A stretch of DNA of 17,636 bases from Candidatus Methylomirabilia bacterium (lineage in GTDB: Bacteria > Methylomirabilota > Methylomirabilia > Rokubacteriales > CSP1-6), in contig JBHIBG010000056.1 of the NCBI GenBank assembly GCA_046758965.1, forward strand, positions 1-17,636. The letters run 5' to 3'. The position numbers were made by a program, and so were the translations under genes. The notes beneath the pieces are model-generated. The model was not told the DNA's origin. It saw nothing but the letters and a program-made list of their open reading frames with translations, and ran no database searches. Of the stretch, positions 14,948-17,636 are shown one piece after another; the stretch's first letter is position 1; each line of letters opens with the position of its first letter.

Positions 14948-15055
14948 CAAACGTGGTTTGAGAACAGAAACCTCTGAGAAACTCGCGGAAACCTCCAGGC
15001 AACCTCGCGAATCAGAAGCGCGCGTATTCAAGCACGGGCCCAAGCGGAGTGTCAA
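14948..15055 (-). promoter_or_regulatory. Regulatory region of the ABC operon: -35 box, phased direct repeats and a CAAAC-N3-GTTTG palindrome
   Basis: TTGACA at 15055-15050 with only a weak -10 (TTGAAT, 15031-15026). Four GAAACCTC-like units at 14967-15009. Palindrome at 14948-14960. Confidence 0.45.
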
Positions 15056-15193
15056 GCCTACCCTTGTGAGCCCAGCCGCTCGCCCTCCCGGAGGCGCCTG
15101 TCCAGTTGCTGGAGGATGGCCGCCGAGGCGCTCTGTATTTGAACACCAAGCCCGGCGGGGCGGCAGGCCTGCTGGCCGCGGCGCGGGGGCATA

Positions 15194-15202
15194 TGGTATG
15201 CT
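15194..15202 (+). promoter_or_regulatory. Extended -10 promoter of the methionine synthase-like gene
   Basis: TGg-TATGCT about 55 nt upstream of ATG 15258; RBS GGAGGAG at 15245-15251. Confidence 0.5.
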
Positions 15203-15257
15203 GCGTCGCGACCTGGCCGGGCGCATGCTCCGATCGCATTCCATGGAGGAGACGCCG

Positions 15258-16283
15258 ATGTTGCTGACGACGATCGCCGGAAGCCTGCCGAAGCCGTCGT
15301 GGCTCGCGAAGCCGCAGACGCTCTGGGCCCCCTGGCAGCTCTCCGGGGAGACCTTCGACGAGGGGAAGCGCGACGCCGTGCTGGCGGCCCTGAAGGAGCA
15401 GGAGGCAGCGGGGATCGACATCGTGACGGACGGGGAGCAGTCGCGCCAGCACTTCGTCCACGGCTTTCTGGAGAAAATTGAGGGGATCGATTTCGGAAGG
15501 CGCGTGACGATCGGCATCCGGGCTGACCGGTACAAGGCCGACGTGCCCACGGTGGTCGGCCCGATCCGTCGCCCCGCGCCAGTCCACGCCGACGAGGTGC
15601 GCTTCGCGCGGGCTCACACCCAGAAGAAGCTCAAGTTCCAGATCCCCGGGCCGATGACCATCGTGGATACGATCCACGACGCTCATTACCGCGACAGGGC
15701 AGGCCTGGCGATGGAGTTTGCGCGCCTCATCAACGAGGAGGCGAGGGCACTGGCAGCGCTCGGGGTGGATGTGATCCAGCTGGACGAGCCCGCCTTCAAC
15801 GTCTATCTCGACGACGTCACGGCGTGGGGGATCGAGGCCCTCGACCGCGCGGTGGAGGGGGTCTCCTGCAAGACTGCGGTGCACATCTGCTACGGCTACG
15901 GCATCAAGGCCAACATCGAGTGGAAGCGCACGCTCGGGAGCGAGTGGCGGCAGTATGAGCAGACCTTCCCCTCCCTGGCGGCGAGCCGGATCGATCAGGT
16001 CTCCCTCGAGTGCGCCAACTCCCGCGTCCCCATCTCGCTGCTCGGACTCTTGAAGGGCAAGGACGTGATGGTGGGCTGCATCGACGTGGCCACGGATGAA
16101 CTCGAGACCCCGGAGCAGGTCGCCGACACCATCCGGAAGGCGATGGCCTTGGTTCCTCCCGAGCGACTCTATCCGTGCACGAACTGCGGGATGGTGCCGC
16201 TTTCCCGCCGGGTGGCTTACGGCAAGCTGCGCGCGCTGGCCGCGGGAGCCGCGCTGGTGCGCCGAGAGCTCCGTGCCAGATAG
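15258..16283 (+). CDS. Core (MetE C-terminal domain only) cobalamin-independent methionine synthase-like protein, MesD-like
   Basis: Start reassigned to ATG 15258. AGSLPKPSWLA, TDGEQSRQHF, PGPMT, QLDEPAFN, Zn ligands HICYGYGIKAN, SLEC and TNCGM; WKRTLGSEWRQYE is typical of the MesD clade. Confidence 0.88.
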   Translation: MLLTTIAGSLPKPSWLAKPQTLWAPWQLSGETFDEGKRDAVLAALKEQEAAGIDIVTDGEQSRQHFVHGFLEKIEGIDFGRRVTIGIRADRYKADVPTVVGPIRRPAPVHADEVRFARAHTQKKLKFQIPGPMTIVDTIHDAHYRDRAGLAMEFARLINEEARALAALGVDVIQLDEPAFNVYLDDVTAWGIEALDRAVEGVSCKTAVHICYGYGIKANIEWKRTLGSEWRQYEQTFPSLAASRIDQVSLECANSRVPISLLGLLKGKDVMVGCIDVATDELETPEQVADTIRKAMALVPPERLYPCTNCGMVPLSRRVAYGKLRALAAGAALVRRELRAR

Positions 16284-16410
16284 TGGAAACGCCTCACACA
16301 TCGGCCTCCACGGCCTGGCGGCGAGGAACTCGTCGAGGATCAGCCGTTCATCTGGCCTCGACGGGTACACGGTAGAGATCCAGCGGGTGACAGTTGTAGA
16401 GGCGCTTACC

Positions 16411-17286
16411 TCATCCGCTCCCGTGAGAGCCTGAGCGGCTCCCGGTGACGCGCGAAGGGGCGGCCAGCTTCAGGATCCGAGCGGCGTTCCCGCCGAGGAT
16501 TTGCGCTTTCGTGCGGTCCGAGAGCGCGAGTCCACGGATCGTCTCGATGTTCTTCTTGATCAGGAGGACGCTTGGCCAGTCGGAGCTGAACAGCACTTTG
16601 TCAGCCACCCGCTCCAGGTCGGGGAAGTAGATGAGGAGGCGTTGGGGCGGGAGCCCAGCGATCTCCATGTACACGTTCTCGTGGAAGCGCGCGAGGGCGT
16701 AGGCGCGGTCGTACCAGAAGGGCCGCCCGCTGTGGGCCAGGACGATTGCGAGGGCGGGGAAGTCCACCGCCACGTCGTCCAGGTAGAGGGGGTCACCATA
16801 CTTCAGCCGGGAGCCGGAAAAGACCGAGGAGCCGGTGTGCCACATGACCGGGATCCCCAGCTCCTGGGCCTTGGCGTAGAGCGGATAAAGCCTGGCGTCG
16901 TTGGGGTAGAAGTACTGGTAGGTCGGGTACAGCTTGAGCCCGCGGAAGCCGTGCTCGGTCACGAGCCGCTCCAACTCCCGGTCGAGCTGGCCGGTGAGGG
17001 AGGGGTTAAGGCTCGCGAACGGGATGAGGCGGGGGCTCCCCGTGCAGAGCCGGGCCACCGTCTCGTTGCTGCAGAGGGCCGAGGTGATCGGCGCCAGCTC
17101 CGCAAGGACGACGCCGTATTCCACCCCCGCCTCGTCCAGCACGGCGAGGTAGCTTTCTGTAGTGGAATACTCTCGGGCGAATTCCTTGAACGGCCGACCG
17201 AGCTGGCGATCCATGAACCCGATGAAGGACTCCGGGGCGGTGACCGGGAAGTCGTAAGCGTGCACGTGGAAGTCCACGACGGGCAT
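16411..17286 (-). CDS. Amidohydrolase family protein (Amidohydro_2 TIM barrel)
   Basis: Start ATG 17286: MPVVDFHVH. GFRGLKLYP, PVMWHTG, LAHSG, NVYMEI, LFSSDWP, KAQILGGNAARIL. Confidence 0.9.
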   Translation of the reverse strand: MPVVDFHVHAYDFPVTAPESFIGFMDRQLGRPFKEFAREYSTTESYLAVLDEAGVEYGVVLAELAPITSALCSNETVARLCTGSPRLIPFASLNPSLTGQLDRELERLVTEHGFRGLKLYPTYQYFYPNDARLYPLYAKAQELGIPVMWHTGSSVFSGSRLKYGDPLYLDDVAVDFPALAIVLAHSGRPFWYDRAYALARFHENVYMEIAGLPPQRLLIYFPDLERVADKVLFSSDWPSVLLIKKNIETIRGLALSDRTKAQILGGNAARILKLAAPSRVTGSRSGSHGSG

Positions 17287-17312
17287 CGGGCGTCCCCCTG
17301 GCCGTTGCAGCG

Positions 17313-17636
17313 TCACCTGCGCGCTCCGTACGTCTCCGCCTGCGGCTCGTCCCTAATGACCGTTCCCTTGTCCGAATCGTACCGGTTCCGGGGCAAACGA
17401 TCGACGTCACCGCTAAGGAAGCGAAGCACGATTGAAGGCTCCGGTCGCGGTCGGACCACGTGGATGTCCTCGGCCATGTAGACGCGCACATCGCCGGTCG
17501 TCACTCCGTTCCGGAGCAGCTCCAGGACGCAGAGCTGGATGCTCACCAGGGCATCTTCCTCGTCGAGCGCTCCCTCGTACGGCCCTCCACGTCCACTGCC
17601 CCGTCGGTGAAGATCAGGCGGTCAGGGTCCAGGGTC
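17313..17636 (-). pseudogene. Chimeric remnant: internally deleted MTA/SAH-deaminase-like amidohydrolase fragments joined to a cupin-like C-terminus
   Basis: TLDPDRLIFTDGAVDVEG (17635-17582), then a frame change to PYEGALDEEDALVSIQLCVLELLRNGVTT (17582-17496), then GDVRVYMAEDIHVV...PRNRYD to the stop at 17313. Confidence 0.65.

Noticed and set aside
14985..15003. GGAAACCTCCAGGCAA resembles the 3' part of a glycine riboswitch
   Set aside because: No upstream GGAGA / CCGAAG core; better explained as one of the phased repeats.
14937..15257. N-terminal extensions in the ORF track for the methionine synthase (likewise SBP to 15002, crotonase to 6646, permease to 11494, carrier to 1417)
   Set aside because: The extensions are low-complexity and overlap promoters or neighbouring genes; internal starts coincide with the family N-termini and mostly have clear RBSs.

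Overview
GC-rich bacterial chromosomal window with no rRNA, tRNA, CRISPR array or intact mobile element. Gene style and the intergenic repeats are reminiscent of Ca. Rokubacteria/Methylomirabilota, but that is inference only. Left to right: (1) 5' end of a thiolase with a sigma70 promoter and a TetR-type palindrome; (2) a tightly coupled DinB - ubiquitin-like sulfur carrier (TtuB-like, GG masked by RP) - TtuA-like thiolase operon; (3) a minus-strand aromatic-CoA catabolic cluster of a single-domain crotonase, a shortened BoxB-type diiron oxygenase, an Arg-less Rid protein and a benzoate-CoA ligase, with no boxA or boxC in the window; (4) a truncated, frameshifted CoA-transferase beta-subunit remnant; (5) a TRAP transporter with dctP convergent on dctQM; (6) a CUT1-type ABC transporter containing a nested REP-like palindrome cluster; (7) a MesD-like core methionine synthase with no adjacent mesX; (8) an amidohydrolase and a chimeric deletion-scar pseudogene. 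The best candidates for undescribed biology are the stripped-down Box-like module, the DinB/TtuB/TtuA module and two highly structured intergenic elements (1928-2135, 4328-4561). All calls come from reading motifs by eye; no searches or folding programs were run.
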